Positions 27,001-42,000 of a stretch of DNA of 64,000 bases are shown here, one piece after another. The position numbers were made by a program, and so were the translations under genes. The first letter of the stretch is position 1. Each line of letters opens with the position of its first letter. The notes beneath the pieces are model-generated. The model did no database searches, had not been told where the DNA came from, and saw only the letters and a program-made list of their open reading frames with translations. Where the stretch lies: assembly GCF_009914755.1 (NCBI RefSeq), contig NC_060933.1, one strand, 5' to 3'. The stretch comes from the human T2T-CHM13v2.0 reference genome, Homo sapiens.

Positions 27001-30000
27001 ATTACATTCAGATTGATTCTAATCAATTCCCTTACACTCCATTATATTCCAATCCATTCTGGTTGTCTCCATTCCATTCCATTCCATTTCACTCCATTCC
27101 ATTGCACTCGGGTTGATTCCATTCCATTCCATTCCATTCCATTCCATTCCATTCCATTCCGGATGATTCCATTCCATTGCATTCCGTTCCATTACATTCC
27201 CCTGCACTCGCATTGATTCCATTCCATTCCATTCAATTCCATTCCATTACAATTCGTTACATTCCATTCTATTCCGTACCATTCCATTCCATTCTATACC
27301 ATTCCATTTCATTCCATTCCATTCCATTCCATTCCATTCCGTTCCATTCCCTTCCATTGCATTCCATTCCATTCTATTCGGGTTAATTCCATTCCATTCC
27401 ATTCCATTCCATTCTATTCCATTCCATTGCATTCGAGTTGAATCCATTGCATTTCATTCCATTCCATTCCATTCCATTCCGGAAGATTCCATTCAATAGC
27501 ATTCCATTCCATTCCATTCCCCTTCACTCGCGTTGATTCCATTCCATTCCATTCCATTCCATTCTGTTCCGTTCCATTCCATTCCATTCCATTCCATTCC
27601 GTTCCGTTCCTTTCCATTCCATTCCATTCCTTTCTATTCGGGTTAATTCCATTCCATTCCATTCGATTGCAATCGAGTTGATTCCATTCCATTGCATTTC
27701 ATTCCATTCGATTCCATTCGATTGCACTCGGGTTGATTCCATTCCATTGCATTCCATTCCATTCCATTCCATTCCATTCCATTCCGTTCCAATCCTTTCC
27801 ATTACATTCGGATTGATTCTATTCAATTCCCTTACACTCCATTACATTCCATTCCATTCGGGTAGTTTCCACTCCATTCCATTCCATTCCTCTCCATTCC
27901 ATTGCACTCGGGTTGATTCCATTCCATTGCATTCCATTCCATTCCATTCAATTCCATTCCGTTCCATTCCATTCCATTACGTTCGGATTGATTCTATTCA
28001 ACTCCCTTACTCTCCATTCCATTCGGGTTGTTCCATTCCATTCCATTCCATTCCACTCCATTCCATTGCACTCGGGTTTATTCCATTCCATTCCATTCCA
28101 TTCCATTCCATTCCATTCCATTCCGGAAGATTCCATTCCATTGCATTCCATTCCATTCCATTCCCCTGCACTCGCGTTGATTCCATTCCATTCCATTCCA
28201 TTCCATTCCATTCCTTTCCGTTCCATTCCATTCCATTCCATTCCATTCCATTCCATTCCGTTCCGTTCCGTTCCATTACATTGCATTCCATTCTATTCGG
28301 GTTAATTCCATTCCATTCCATTCGACTGCAATCGAGTTGATTCCATTCCATTCCATTCCATTCCATTCCATTCCATTCCTTTCCATTCCATTACGGATGA
28401 TTGCATTCCATTGCATTCCATTCCATTCCATTCCCCTGTACTCGGGTTGATTCCATTCCATTCCATTCCAATCCATGCCATTCCACTCGTGTTGATTCCA
28501 TTCTTTCCATTCCATTCAAGTTGTATCCATTCCATTGCATTCCATTCCATTCCATTCCCCTGCAGTCGGGTTGATTCCATTCCATTCCATTCCATTCCAT
28601 TCCATTCCGTTCCATTCCGTTCCATTCCATTCCATTCCATTCTATTCGGGTTAATTCCATTCCATTCCATTCAATTCCATTCCATTCCATTCCAATCGAG
28701 TTGATTCCATTCCATTCCATTCCATTCCATTCCACTCCATTCCAGTCCTTTCCATTCCATTCCACTCGGGTTGATTCCAATGTATTCCTTTCCATTCCAT
28801 TCCATTCCATTGCAATCGAGTTGATTCCATTGCTTTGCATTCCATTCCATTCCATTCCATTCCGGATAATTCCATTCCATTGCATTCCATTCCATTCCAT
28901 TCCCCTGCACTGGGGTTGATTCCATTCCATTCCACTCCATTCCGTTTCATTCCATTCCATTCCATTTTATTCGGGTTAATTCCATTCCATTGCATTCCAT
29001 TCCATTCCATTCCCCTGCACTCGGGTTGATTCCATTCCATTCCACTCCATTCCGTTCCATTCCATTCCATTCCATTCCATTCCATTCCATTCCACTCGTG
29101 TTGATTCCATTCCTTTCCATTCCATTCGGTTTGAAGGCATTCCATTCCATTCCATTCCATTCCATTCCATTCCATTCCATTCCATTCCATTGTACTCGGG
29201 TTGATTCCATTCCATTGCATTCCATTCCATTCCATTCCATTCCATTCCGTTGCATTCCATTACATTCAGATTGATTCTATTCAACTCCATTACTCTCCAT
29301 TACATTCCATTCCATTCGTGTTGTTCCATTCAATTCCATTCAATTCCACTCCATTCCATTCCATTGCACTCCATTCCATTGCACTCGGGTTGATTCCATT
29401 CCATTCCATTCCATTCCATTCCATTCCGGATGATTCCATTCTGTTGCATTCCGTTCCATTACATTTCCCTGCACTTGCTTTGATTCCATTCCATTCCATT
29501 CAATTCCATTCCATTACAATTCGTTCCATTCCATTCTATTCCGTACCATTCCATTCCATTCCATACCATTCCATTCCATTCCATTCCATTCCATTCCGTT
29601 CCATTCCGTTCCATTGCATTCCATTCCATTCTATTCAGGTTAATTCCATTCCATTCCATTCCATTCCATTCTATTCCATTCCATTGCAATCGAGTTGAAT
29701 CCATTGCATTTCATTCCATTCCATTCCATTCCATTCCATTCCGGAAGATTCCATTCCATTGCATTCCATTCCATTCCATTCCCCTGCACTCGCGTTGATT
29801 CCATTCCATTCCATTCCATTCCATTCCGTTCCGTTCCGTTCCCTTCCATTCCATTCCATTCCACTCCGATCCGTTCCGTTGCATTCCATTCCATTCCATT
29901 CCATTCTATTTGGGTTAATTCCATTCCATTCCATTCGATTGCAATCGAGTTGATTCCATTCCATTCCATTCCATTCCATTCCATTCCATTCCATTACGGA

Positions 30001-33000
30001 TGATTCCATTCCTTTGCATTCCATTCCATTCCATTCCCCTGTACTCGGGTTGATTCCATTCCATTCCATTCCAATCCATGCCATTCCACTCGTGTTGATT
30101 CCATTCTTTCCATTCCATTCAAGTTGAATCCATTCCATTGCATTCCATTCCATTCGATTCCATTCGATTGCACTCGGGTTGATTCCATTCCATTGCATTC
30201 CATTCCATTCCATTCCATTCCATTCCATTCCATTCCATTCCATTCCGTTCCATTCCATTCCATTACATTCGGATTAATTCTATTCAATTCCCTTACACTC
30301 CATTATATTCCATTCCATTCGGGTAGTTTCCATTCCATTCCATTCCATTCCTCTCCATTCCATTGCACTCGGGTTGACTGCATTCCATTGCATTCCATTC
30401 CATTCCATTCAATTCCATTCCGTTCCATTCCATTCCATTATATTCGGATTGATTCTATTCAACTCCCGTACTCTCCATTACTTTCGATTCCATTCGGGTT
30501 GTTCTATTCCATTCCATTCCATTCCACTCCATTCCATTGCACTCGGGTTGATTCCATTCCATTCCATTCCATTCCGGAAGATTCCATTCCATTGCATTCC
30601 CTTACATTCCAATCCCCTGCACTCGCGTTGATTCCATTCCATTCCATTCCATTCCATTCCATTCCATTCCATTCCTTTCCGTTCCATTCCATTGCATTAA
30701 ATTCCATTCCATTCCATTCCATTCCATTCCGTTCCGTTCCGTTCCATTCCATTCCATTCCATTCTTTTCGGGTTAATTCCATTCCATTCCATTCCATTGC
30801 AATCGAGTTGATTCCATTCCATTCCATTCCATTCCATTCCATTCCATTCCTTTCCATTCCATTACGGATGATTCCATTCCATTGCATTCCATTCCATTCC
30901 ATTCCCCTGTACTCGGGTTGATTCCATTCCATTCCATTCCAATCCATGCCATTGCACTCGTGTTGATTCCATTCTTTCCATTCCATTCAAGTTGAATCCA
31001 TTCCATTGCATTCCATTCCATTCCATTCCATTCCCCCGCAGTCGGGTTGATTCCATTCTATTCCATTCCATTCCATTCCGTTCCTTTCCATTTAATTCCA
31101 TACCATTCTATTCGGGTTAATTCCATTCCATTCCATTCCATTCCATTCCATTCCATTCCAATCGAGTTGATTCCATTCCATTCCATTCCATTCCATTCCA
31201 CTCCATTCCAGTCCTTTCCATTCCATTCCCCTCGGGTTGATTCCAATGTATTCCTTTCCATTCCATTCCATTTCATTGCAATCGAGTTGATTCCATTTCT
31301 TTGCATTCCATTCCATTCTATTCCATTCCGGATGATTCCATTCCATTGCATTCCATTCCATTCCATTCCCATGCACACGGGTTGATTCCATTCCATTCCA
31401 CTCCATTCCGTTCCATTCCATTCCATTCCGTTGTATTCGGGTTAATTCCATTCCATTCCATTCCATTCCATTCCATTCCATTCCAATCCATTACAATCGA
31501 GTTGATTCCATTCCATTCCATTCCATTCCATTCCATTCCATTCCAGTCCTTTCCATTCCATTCCACTCGGGTTGATTCCATTCTATTAGTTTCCATTCCA
31601 TTCCATTCCCTTCCATTCCACTCTGGTTGATTCCATTCCTTTCCATTCCACTCGAATACATTCCCTCCTATTCCACTCGGAACGATTCCATTCCATTCCA
31701 TTCCATTTCGTTCCATTCCATTCCATTCCATTCTATTCCGTACCATTCCATTCCATTCCATTCCTTTCCATTCCATTCCATTCCACTCGTGTTGATTCCA
31801 TTCCTTTCCATTCCACTCGAATACATTCCCTCCTATTCCACTCGGAACGATTCCATTCCATTCCATTCCATTTCGTTACATTCCATTCTATTCCGTACCA
31901 TTCCATTCCATTCCATTCCATTGCATTCCATTCCATTCCATTCCATTGTACTCGGGTTGATTCCATTCCATTGCATTCCATTCCATTCCATTCCATTCCA
32001 TTCTATTCCATTCCATTACGTTGCATTCCATTCCATTACATTAGGATTGATTCTATTCAACTCACTTACTCCCCATTACATTCCATTCCATTCGGGTTGT
32101 TCCATTCCATTCCATTCCATTCCACTCCATTCCATTGCACTCGGGTTGATTCCATTCCATTCCATTCCCTTCCATTCCATTCCATTCCGGATAATTCCAT
32201 TCCATTACATTCCGTTCCATTACATTCCCCTGCACTCGCGTTGATTCCATTCCATTCCATTCCGTTCCATTCCATTCCATTCCATTCCATTCGATTCCGT
32301 TCCTTTCCATTCCGTTCCATTCCATTCTATTCGGGTTAATTCCATTCCATTCCATTCGATTGCAATCGAGTTGATTACATTCCATTCCATTCCATTCCAT
32401 TCGATTCCATTCGATTGCACTCGGGGTGATTCCATTCCATTGCATTCCATTCTATTCCATTCCATTCCATTCCATTCCATTCCATTCCATTCCATTCAGT
32501 TCCATTCCTTTCCATTACATTCGTATTGATTCTATTCAATTCCCTTACACTCCATTACATTCCATTCCATTCGGGTAGTTTCCACTCCATTCCATTCCAT
32601 TCCTCTCCATTCCATTGCACTCGGGTTGATTCCATTCCATTGCATTCCATTCCATTCCATTCAATTCCATTCCGTTCCATTCCATTCCATTCCATTACAT
32701 TCGGATTGATTCTATTCAACTCCCTTACACTCCATTACATTCCATTCCATTCGGGTTGTTCCATTCCATTCCATTCCATTCCACTCCATTCCATTGCACT
32801 CGGGTTGATTCCATTCCATTCCATTCCATTCCATTCCGGAAGATTCCATTCCATTGCATTCCATTACATTCCATTCCCCTGCACTCGCTTTGATTCCATT
32901 CCATTCCATTCCATTCCATTCCATTCCGTTCCGTTCCGTTCCATTCCATTCCATTCCATTCCATTCCATTCCGTTCCGTTCCATTCCATTCCATTCCATT

Positions 33001-36000
33001 CTATTCGGGTTAATTCCATTCCATTCCATTCCATTCCATTCCATTCCGGAAGATTCCATTCCATTGCATTCCATTCCATTCCATTCCCCTGCACTCGCGT
33101 TGATTCCATTCCATTCCATTCCATTCCATTCCATTCCATTCCATTCCATTCCTTTCCGTTCCATTCCATTGCATTCCATTCCATTCCGTTCCGTTCCCTT
33201 CCGTTCCGTTCCATTCCATTCCATTCCATTCTATTCCGGTTAATTCCATTCCATTCCATTCGACTACAATCGAGTTGATTCCATTCCATTCCATTCCATT
33301 CCATTCCATTCCATTCCATTCCTTTCCATTCCATTCCGGATGATTCCATTCCATTGCATTCCGTTCCATTACATTCCCCTTCACTGGCGTTGATTCCATT
33401 CCATTCCATTCCATTCCATTCAATTCCATTCCATTACAATTCGTTCCATTCCATTCTATTCCGTACCATTCCATTCCATTCCATACCATTCCATTCCATT
33501 CCATTCCATTCCATTCCGTTCCATTACGTTCCATTCCATTCCATTCCATTCTATTTGGGTTAATTCCATTCCATTCCATTCCATTCCATTCCATTCTATT
33601 CCATTCCATTGCAATCGAGTTGAATCCATTGCATTTCATTCCATTCCATTCCATTCCATTCCATTCCATTCCGGAAGTTTCCATTCCATTGCATTCCATT
33701 CCATTCCATTCCCTGCACTCGCGTTGATTCCATTCCATTCCATTCCATTGCATTCCATTCCATTCCGTTCCGTTCCGTTCCGTTCCGTTCCATTCCATTC
33801 CATTCCGTTCCGTTAAGTTCCATTCCATTCCATTCCATTCTATGCGGGTTAATTCCATTCAATTCCATTCGATTGCAATCGAGTTGATTCCATTCCATTC
33901 AATTCCATTCTATTCCATTCCTTTCCATTCCATTACGGATGATTCCATTCCATTGCATTCCATTCCATTCCATTCCCGTGTACTCGGGTTCATTCCATTC
34001 CATTCCATTCCAATCCATGCCATTCCACTCGTGTTGATTCCATTCTTTGCATTCCATTCAAATTGAATCCATTCCATTGCATTCCATTCCATTCCATTCC
34101 CCTGCAGTCGGGTTGATTCCATTCCATTCCATTCCATTCCATTCCATTCCACTCCAATCAAGTTGATTCCATTCCATTCCATTCCATTCCATTCCATTCC
34201 ATTCTATTCCATTCCACTCCATTCCAGTCCTTTCCATTCCATTCCACTCGGGTTGATTCCAATGTATTCCTTTCCATTCCATTCCATTCCATTGCAATCG
34301 AGTTGATTCCATTTCTTTGTATTCCATTCCATTCCATTCCATTCCGGATGATTCCATTCCATTGCATTCCATTCCATTCCATTCCTCTGCACTCGGGTTG
34401 ATTCCATTCCTTTCCACTCCATTCCATTCCATTCCATTCCATTCCATTGTATTCGGGTTAATTCCATTCCATTCCATTCCATTCCATTCCATTCCAGTCC
34501 GTTCCATTCCATTCCAGTCGGGTTGATTCCATTCTATTAGTTTCCATTCCATTCCATTCCCTTCCATTCCACTCTGGTTGATTCCATTCCTTTCCATTCC
34601 ACTCGAATACATTCCCTCCTATTCCACTCGGAACGATTCCATTCCATTCCATTCCATTCCATTCCATTCCATTCCATTCCATTTCGTTCCATTCCATTCT
34701 ATTCCGTATCATTCCATTCCATTCCATTCCATTCCATTCCATTCCATTCCATTCCATTCCATTGTAGTCGGGTTGATTCCCTTCCATTGCATTCTATTCC
34801 ATTCCATTACATTCCATTCCGTTGCATTCCATTCCATTACATTCGGATTGATTCTATTCAACTCCCTTACTCTCCATTACATTCCATTCCATTCGGGTTG
34901 TTCCATTCCATTCCATTCCATTCCACTCCATTCCATTGCACTCGGGTTGATTCCATTCCATTCCATTCCATTCCGTTCCATTCCGGATGATTCCATTCCA
35001 TTGCATTCCGTTCCATTACATTCCCCTGCACTCGCGTTGATTCCATTCCATTCCATTCCATTCCATTCCATTCAATTCCATTCCATTACAATTCGTTCCA
35101 TTCCATTCTATTCCGTACCATTCAATTCCATTCCATACCATTCCATTCCATTCCATTCCATTCCATTCCGTTCCATTCCGTTCCATTCCATTCCATTCCA
35201 TTCTATTCGGATTAATTCCATTCCATTCCATTCCATTCCATTCCATTCCATTCTATTCCATTCCATTGCAATCGAGTTGAATCCATTGCATTTCATTCCA
35301 TTCCATTCCATTCCATTCCATTCCATTCCGGAAGTTTCCATTCCATTGCATTCCATTCCATTCCATTCCCCTGCACTCGCGTTGTTTCCATTCCATTCCA
35401 TTCCATTCCATTCCGTTCCGTTCCATTCCATTCCATTCCATTCCGTTCCGTTCCATTCCATTCAATTCCATTCAATTTGGGTTAATTCCATTACATTCCA
35501 TTCGATTGCAATCGAGTTGATTCAATTCCATTCCATTCCATTCCATTCCATTCCATTCCATTCCATTCCTTTCCATTCCATTACGGATGATTCCATTCCA
35601 TTGCATTCCATTCCATTCCATTCCCCTGTATTCGGGTTGATTCCATTCCATTCCATTCCAATCCATGCCATTCCACTCGTGTTGATTCCATTCTTTCCAT
35701 TCCATTCAAGTTGAATCCATTCCATTGCATTCTTTTCCATTCGATTCCATTCGATTGCACTCGGGTTGATTCCATTCCATTGCATTCCATTCCATTCCAA
35801 TCCATTCCATTCTATTCCATTCCATTCCGTTCCATTCCATTCCATTCCATTCCATTCCATTCCGTTCCATTCCATTCCACTACATTCGGATTGATTCTAT
35901 TCAATTCCCTTACACTCCACTACATTCCATTCCATTCGGGTAGTTTCCATTCCATTCCATGCCATTCCTCTCCATTCCATTGTACTCGGGTTGATTCCAT

Positions 36001-39000
36001 TCCATTGCATTCCATTCCATTCCATTCAATTCCATTCCGTTCCATTCCATTCCATTACATTCGGATTGATTCTATTCAACTCCCTTACTCTCCATTACAT
36101 TCCATTCCATTCGGGTTGTTCCATTCCATTCCATTCCATTCCATTCCATTCCATTGCACTCGGGTTGATTCCATTCCATTCCATTCCATTCCATTCCATT
36201 CCATTCCATTCCATTCCATTCTGGAAGATTCCATTCCATTGCATTCCATTCCATTCGATTCCCCTGCACTCGCGTTGATTCCATTCCATTCCATTCCATT
36301 CCATTGCATTCCATTCCATTCCATTCCATTCCTTTCCGTTCCATTCCATTCCATTCCATTCCATTCCAATCCATTCCATTCCGTTCCGTTCCATTCCATT
36401 CCATTCCATTCCATTCTATTCGGGTTAATTCCATTCCATTCCATTCGATTGCAATCGAGTTGATTACATTCCATTCCATTCCATTCCATTCCATTCCATT
36501 CCTTTCCTTTCCATTCCATTACGGATGATTCCATTCCATTGCATTCCATTCCATTCCATTCCCCTGTACTCGGGTTGATTCCATTCCATTCCATTCCAAT
36601 CCATGCCATTCCACTCGTGTTGATTCCATTCTTTCCATTCCATTCAAGTTGAATCCATTCCATTGCATTCCATTCCATTCGATTCCATTCGATTGCACTC
36701 GGGTTGATTCCATTCCATTGCATTCCATTCCATTCCATTTCATTCCATTCCATTCCTTTCCATTCCATTCCATTCCATTCCATTCCATTCCATTGCAATC
36801 GGGTTGATTCCATTCCATTCCTTTCCATTCCATTCAATTGCCTTGCATTCCTCTCAGGTTGATTACATTCCCTTCTTTCCACTCCATTACATTCCCTTCC
36901 ATTCCACTCGGAATGATTGATTCCATTCCATTCCATTCCATTTCATTGCATTGCAATCCATTCCAATCCATTCCATTCCATTCCATTCCACTCGAGTTGA
37001 CTTCATTCCACTCCTTTCCATTCCATTCCATTCCTTTCCACTCGAGTTGATTCCATTCCATTCCAATCCATTGCATTCCATTCCATGCCATTCCACTTGG
37101 GTTGATTCCATTCCTTTGCATTCCATTCCATTCCATTCCATTGCATTCCATTCCATTCCATTCCGTTGCATTCCATTCCCTTACATTCGAATTGATTCTA
37201 TTCAACTCCCTTACTCTCAATTACATTCCATTCCATTCGGGTTGTTCCATTCCTTTCCATGCCATTCCACTCCATTCCATTGCACTCGGGTTGATTCCGT
37301 TCCATTCCATTCCATTCCATTCCATTCCAGATGATTCCATTCCATTGCATTCCGTTCCATTACATTCCCCTGCACTCGCGTTGATTCCATTCCATTCCAT
37401 TCCATTCCATTCAATTCCATTCCATTACAATTATTTCCATTCCATTCTATTCCGTACCATTCCATTCCATTCCATACCATTCCATTCCATTCCATTCCAT
37501 TCCATTCCATTCCATTCCGTTCCATTCCGTTCCATTCCGTTCCATTCCATTCCATTCCATTCCATTCCATTCCATTCTATTCAGGTTAATTCCATTCCAT
37601 TCCATTCCATCCCATTCTATTACATTCCATTGCAATCGAGTTGAATCCATTGCATTTCATTGCATTCCATTCCATTCCATTGCATTCCGGAAGATTCCAT
37701 TCCATTGCATTCCATTCCATTCCATTCCCCTGCACTCGCGTTGATTCCATTCCATTCCATTCCATTCCATTCCGTTCCGTTCCATTCCATTCCATTCCAT
37801 TCCATTCCATTTCATTCCATTCCGTTCCGTTCCATTCCATTCCATTCTATTCGGGTTAATTCCATTCCATTCCATTCCATTGCAATCGTGTTGATTCCAT
37901 TCCATTCCATACCATTCCATTCCATTCCATTCCTTTCCATTCCATTACGGATGATTCCATTCCATTGCATTCCATTCCATTCCATTCCCCTGTACTCGGG
38001 TTGATTCCATTCCATTGCATTCCAATCCATGCCCTTCCACTCGTGTTGATTCCATTCTTTCCATTCCATTCAAGTTGAATCCATTCCATTGCATTCCATT
38101 CCATTCGATTCCATTCGATTGCACTCGGGTTGATTCCATTCCATTGCATTCCATTCCATTCCATTCCATTCCATTCCATTCCGTTCCATTCCATTTCATT
38201 ACATTCAGATTGATTCTAATCAATTCCCTTACACTCCATTATATTCCAATCCATTCTGGTTGTCTCCATTCCATTCCATTCCATTTCACTCCATTCCATT
38301 GCACTCGGGTTGATTCCATTCCATTCCATTCCATTCCATTCCATTCCATTCCGGATGATTCCATTCCATTGCATTCCGTTCCATTACATTCCCCTGCACT
38401 CGCATTGATTCCATTCCATTCCATTCAATTCCATTCCATTACAATTCGTTACATTCCATTCTATTCCGTACCATTCCATTCCATTCCATCCCATTCCATT
38501 CCATTCCGTTCCATTCCATTCCATTCCGTTCCATTCCGTTCCATTGCATTCCATTCCATTCTATTCGGGTTAATTCCATTCCATTCCATTCCATTCCATT
38601 CTATTCCATTCCATTGCAATCGAGTTGAATCCATTGCATTTCATTCCATTCCATTCCATTCCATTCCATTCCATTCCATTCCGGAAGATTCCATTCAATA
38701 GCATTCCATTCCATTCCATTCCCCTGCACTCGCGTTGATTCCATTCCATTCCATTCCATTCCATTCTGTTCCGTTCCATTCCATTCCATTCCATTCCATT
38801 CCGTTCCGTTCCTTTCCATTCCATTCCATTCCTTTCTATTCGGGTTAATTCCATTCCATTCCATTCGATTGCAATCGAGTTGATTCCATTCCATTGCATT
38901 CCATTCCATTCGATTCCATTCGATTGCACTCGGGTTGATTCCATTCCATTGCATTCCATTCCATTCCATTCCATTCCATTCCATTCCGTTCCAATCCTTT

Positions 39001-42000
39001 CCATTACATTCGGATTGATTCTATTCAATTCCCTTACACTCCATTACATTCCATTCCATTCGGGTAGTTTCGACTCCATTCCATTCCATTCCTCTCCATT
39101 CCATTGCACTCGGGTTGATTCCATTCCATTGCATTCCATTCCATTCCATTCAATTCCATTCCGTTCCATTCCATTCCATTACATTCGGATTGATTCTATT
39201 CAACTCCCTTACTCTCCATTACATTCCATTCCATTCGGGTTGTTCCATTCCATTCCATTCCATTCCACTCCATTCCATTGCACTCGGGTTTATTCCATTC
39301 CATTCCATTCCATTCCATTCCATTCCATTCCGGAAGATTCCATTCCATTGCATTCCATTCCATTCCATTCCCCTGCACTCGCGTTGATTCCATTCCATTC
39401 CATTCCATTCCATTCCTTTCCGTTCCATTCCATTCCATTCCATTCCATTCCATTCCGTTCCGTTCCGTTCCATTACATTGCATTCCATTCTATTCGGGTT
39501 AATTCCATTCCATTCCATTCGATTGCAATCGAGTTGATTCCATTCCATTCCATTCCATTCCATTCCATTCCTTTCCATTCCATTACGGATGATTCCATTC
39601 CATTGCATTCCATTCCATTCCATTCCCCTGTACTCGGGTTGATTCCATTCCATTCCATTCCAATCCATGCCATTCCACTCGTGTTGATTCCATTCTTTCC
39701 ATTCCATTCAAGTTGAATCCATTCCATTGCATTCCATTCCATTCCATTCCCCTGCAGTCGGGTTGATTCCATTCCATTCCATTCCATTCCATTCCATTCC
39801 GTTCCGTTCCGTTCCATTCCATTCCATTCCATTCTATTCGGGTTAATTCCATTCCATTCCATTCCATTCCATTCCATTCCATTCCATTCCAATCGAGTTG
39901 ATTCCATTCCATTCCATTCCATTCCATTCCACTCCATTCCAGTCCTTTCCATTCCATTCCACTCGGGTTGATTCCAATGTATTCCTTTCCATTCCATTCC
40001 ATTCCATTGCAATCGAGTTGATTCCATTGCTTTGCATTCCATTCCATTCCATTCCATTCCGGATGATTCCATTCCATTGCATTCCATTCCATTCCATTCC
40101 CCTGCACTCGGGTTGATTCCATTCCATTCCACTCCATTCCGTTTCATTCCATTCCATTCCATTTTATTCGGGTTAATTCCATTCCATTGCATTCCATTCC
40201 ATTCCATTCCCCTGCACTCGGGTTGATTCCATTCCATTCCACTCCATTCCGTTCCATTCCATTCCATTCCATTCCATTCCATTCCATTTCGTTCCATTTC
40301 ATTCTATTCCGTATCATTCCATTCCATTCCATTCCATTCCATTCCATTCCACTCGTGTTGATTCCATTCCTTTCCATTCCATTCGGTTTGAAGGCATTCC
40401 ATTCCATTCCATTCCATTCCATTCCATTCCATTCTATTCCATTACATTGTACTCGGGTTGATTCCATTCCATTGCATTCCATTCCATTCCATTCCATTCC
40501 ATTCCGTTGCATTCCATTACATTCAGATTGATTCTATTCATCTCCCTTACTCTCCATTACATTCCATTCCATTCGTGTTGTTCCATTCAATTCCATTCAA
40601 TTCCACTCCATTGCATTCCATTGCACTCCATTCCATTGCACTCGGGTTGATTCCATTCCATTCCATTCCATTCCATTCCATTCCGGATGATTCCATTCTG
40701 TTGCATTCCGTTCCATTACATTTCCCTGCACTTGCGTTGATTCCATTCCATTCCATTCAATTCCATTCCATTACAATTCGTTCCATTCCATTCTATTCCG
40801 TACCATTCCATTCCATTCCATACCATTCCATTCCATTCCATTCCATTCCATTCCATTCCGTTCCATTCCGTTCCATTGCATTCCATTCCATTCTATTCAG
40901 GTTAATTCCATTCCATTCCATTCCATTCCATTCCATTCTATTCCATTCCATTGCAATCGAGTTGAATCCATTGCATTTCATTCTATTCCATTCCATTCCA
41001 TTCCATTCCGGAAGATTCCATTCCATTGCATTCCATTCCATTCCATTCCCCTGCACTCGCGTTGATTCCATTCCATTCCATTCCATTCCATTCCGTTCCG
41101 TTCCATTCCATTCCATTCCATTCCATTCCATTCCGTTCCGTTCCGTTCCATTCCATTCCATTCCATTCCATTCTATTTGGGTTAATTCCATTCCATTCCA
41201 TTCGATTGCAATCGAGTTGATTCCATTCCATTCCATTCCATTCCATTCCATTCCATTCCATTACGGATGATTCCATTCCTTTGCATTCCATTCCATTCCA
41301 TTCCCCTGTACTCGGGTTGATTCCATTCTATTCCATTCCAATCCGTGCCATTCCACTCGTGTTGATTCCATTCTTTCCATTCCATTCAAGTTGAATCCTT
41401 TCCATTGCATTCCATTCCATTCGATTCCATTCGATTGCACTCGGGTTGATTCCATTTCATTGCATTCCATTCCATTCCATTCCATTCCATTCCATTCCAT
41501 TCCATTCCATTCCATTCCGTTCCATTCCATTCCATTACATTCGGATTGATTCTATTCAATTACCTTACACTCCATTATATTCCATTCCATTCGGGTAGTT
41601 TCCATTCCATTCCATTCCATTCCTCTCCATTCCATTGCACTCGGGTTGATTGCATTCCATTGCATTCCATTCCATTCCATTCAATTCCATTCCGTTCCAT
41701 TCCATTCCATTATATTCGGATTGATTCTATTCAACTCCCGTACTCTCCATTACATTGGATTCCATTCGGGTTGTTCCATTCCATTCCATTCCATTCCACT
41801 CCATTCCATTGCACTCGGGTTGATTCCATTCCATTCCATTCCATTCCGGAAGATTCCATTCCATTGCATTCCCTTACATTCCATTCCCCTGCACTCGCGT
41901 TGATTCCATTCCATTCCATTCCATTCCATTCCATTCCATTCCATTCCATTCCATTCCATTCCGTTCCATTCCATTGCATTCCATTCCATTCCATTCCATT

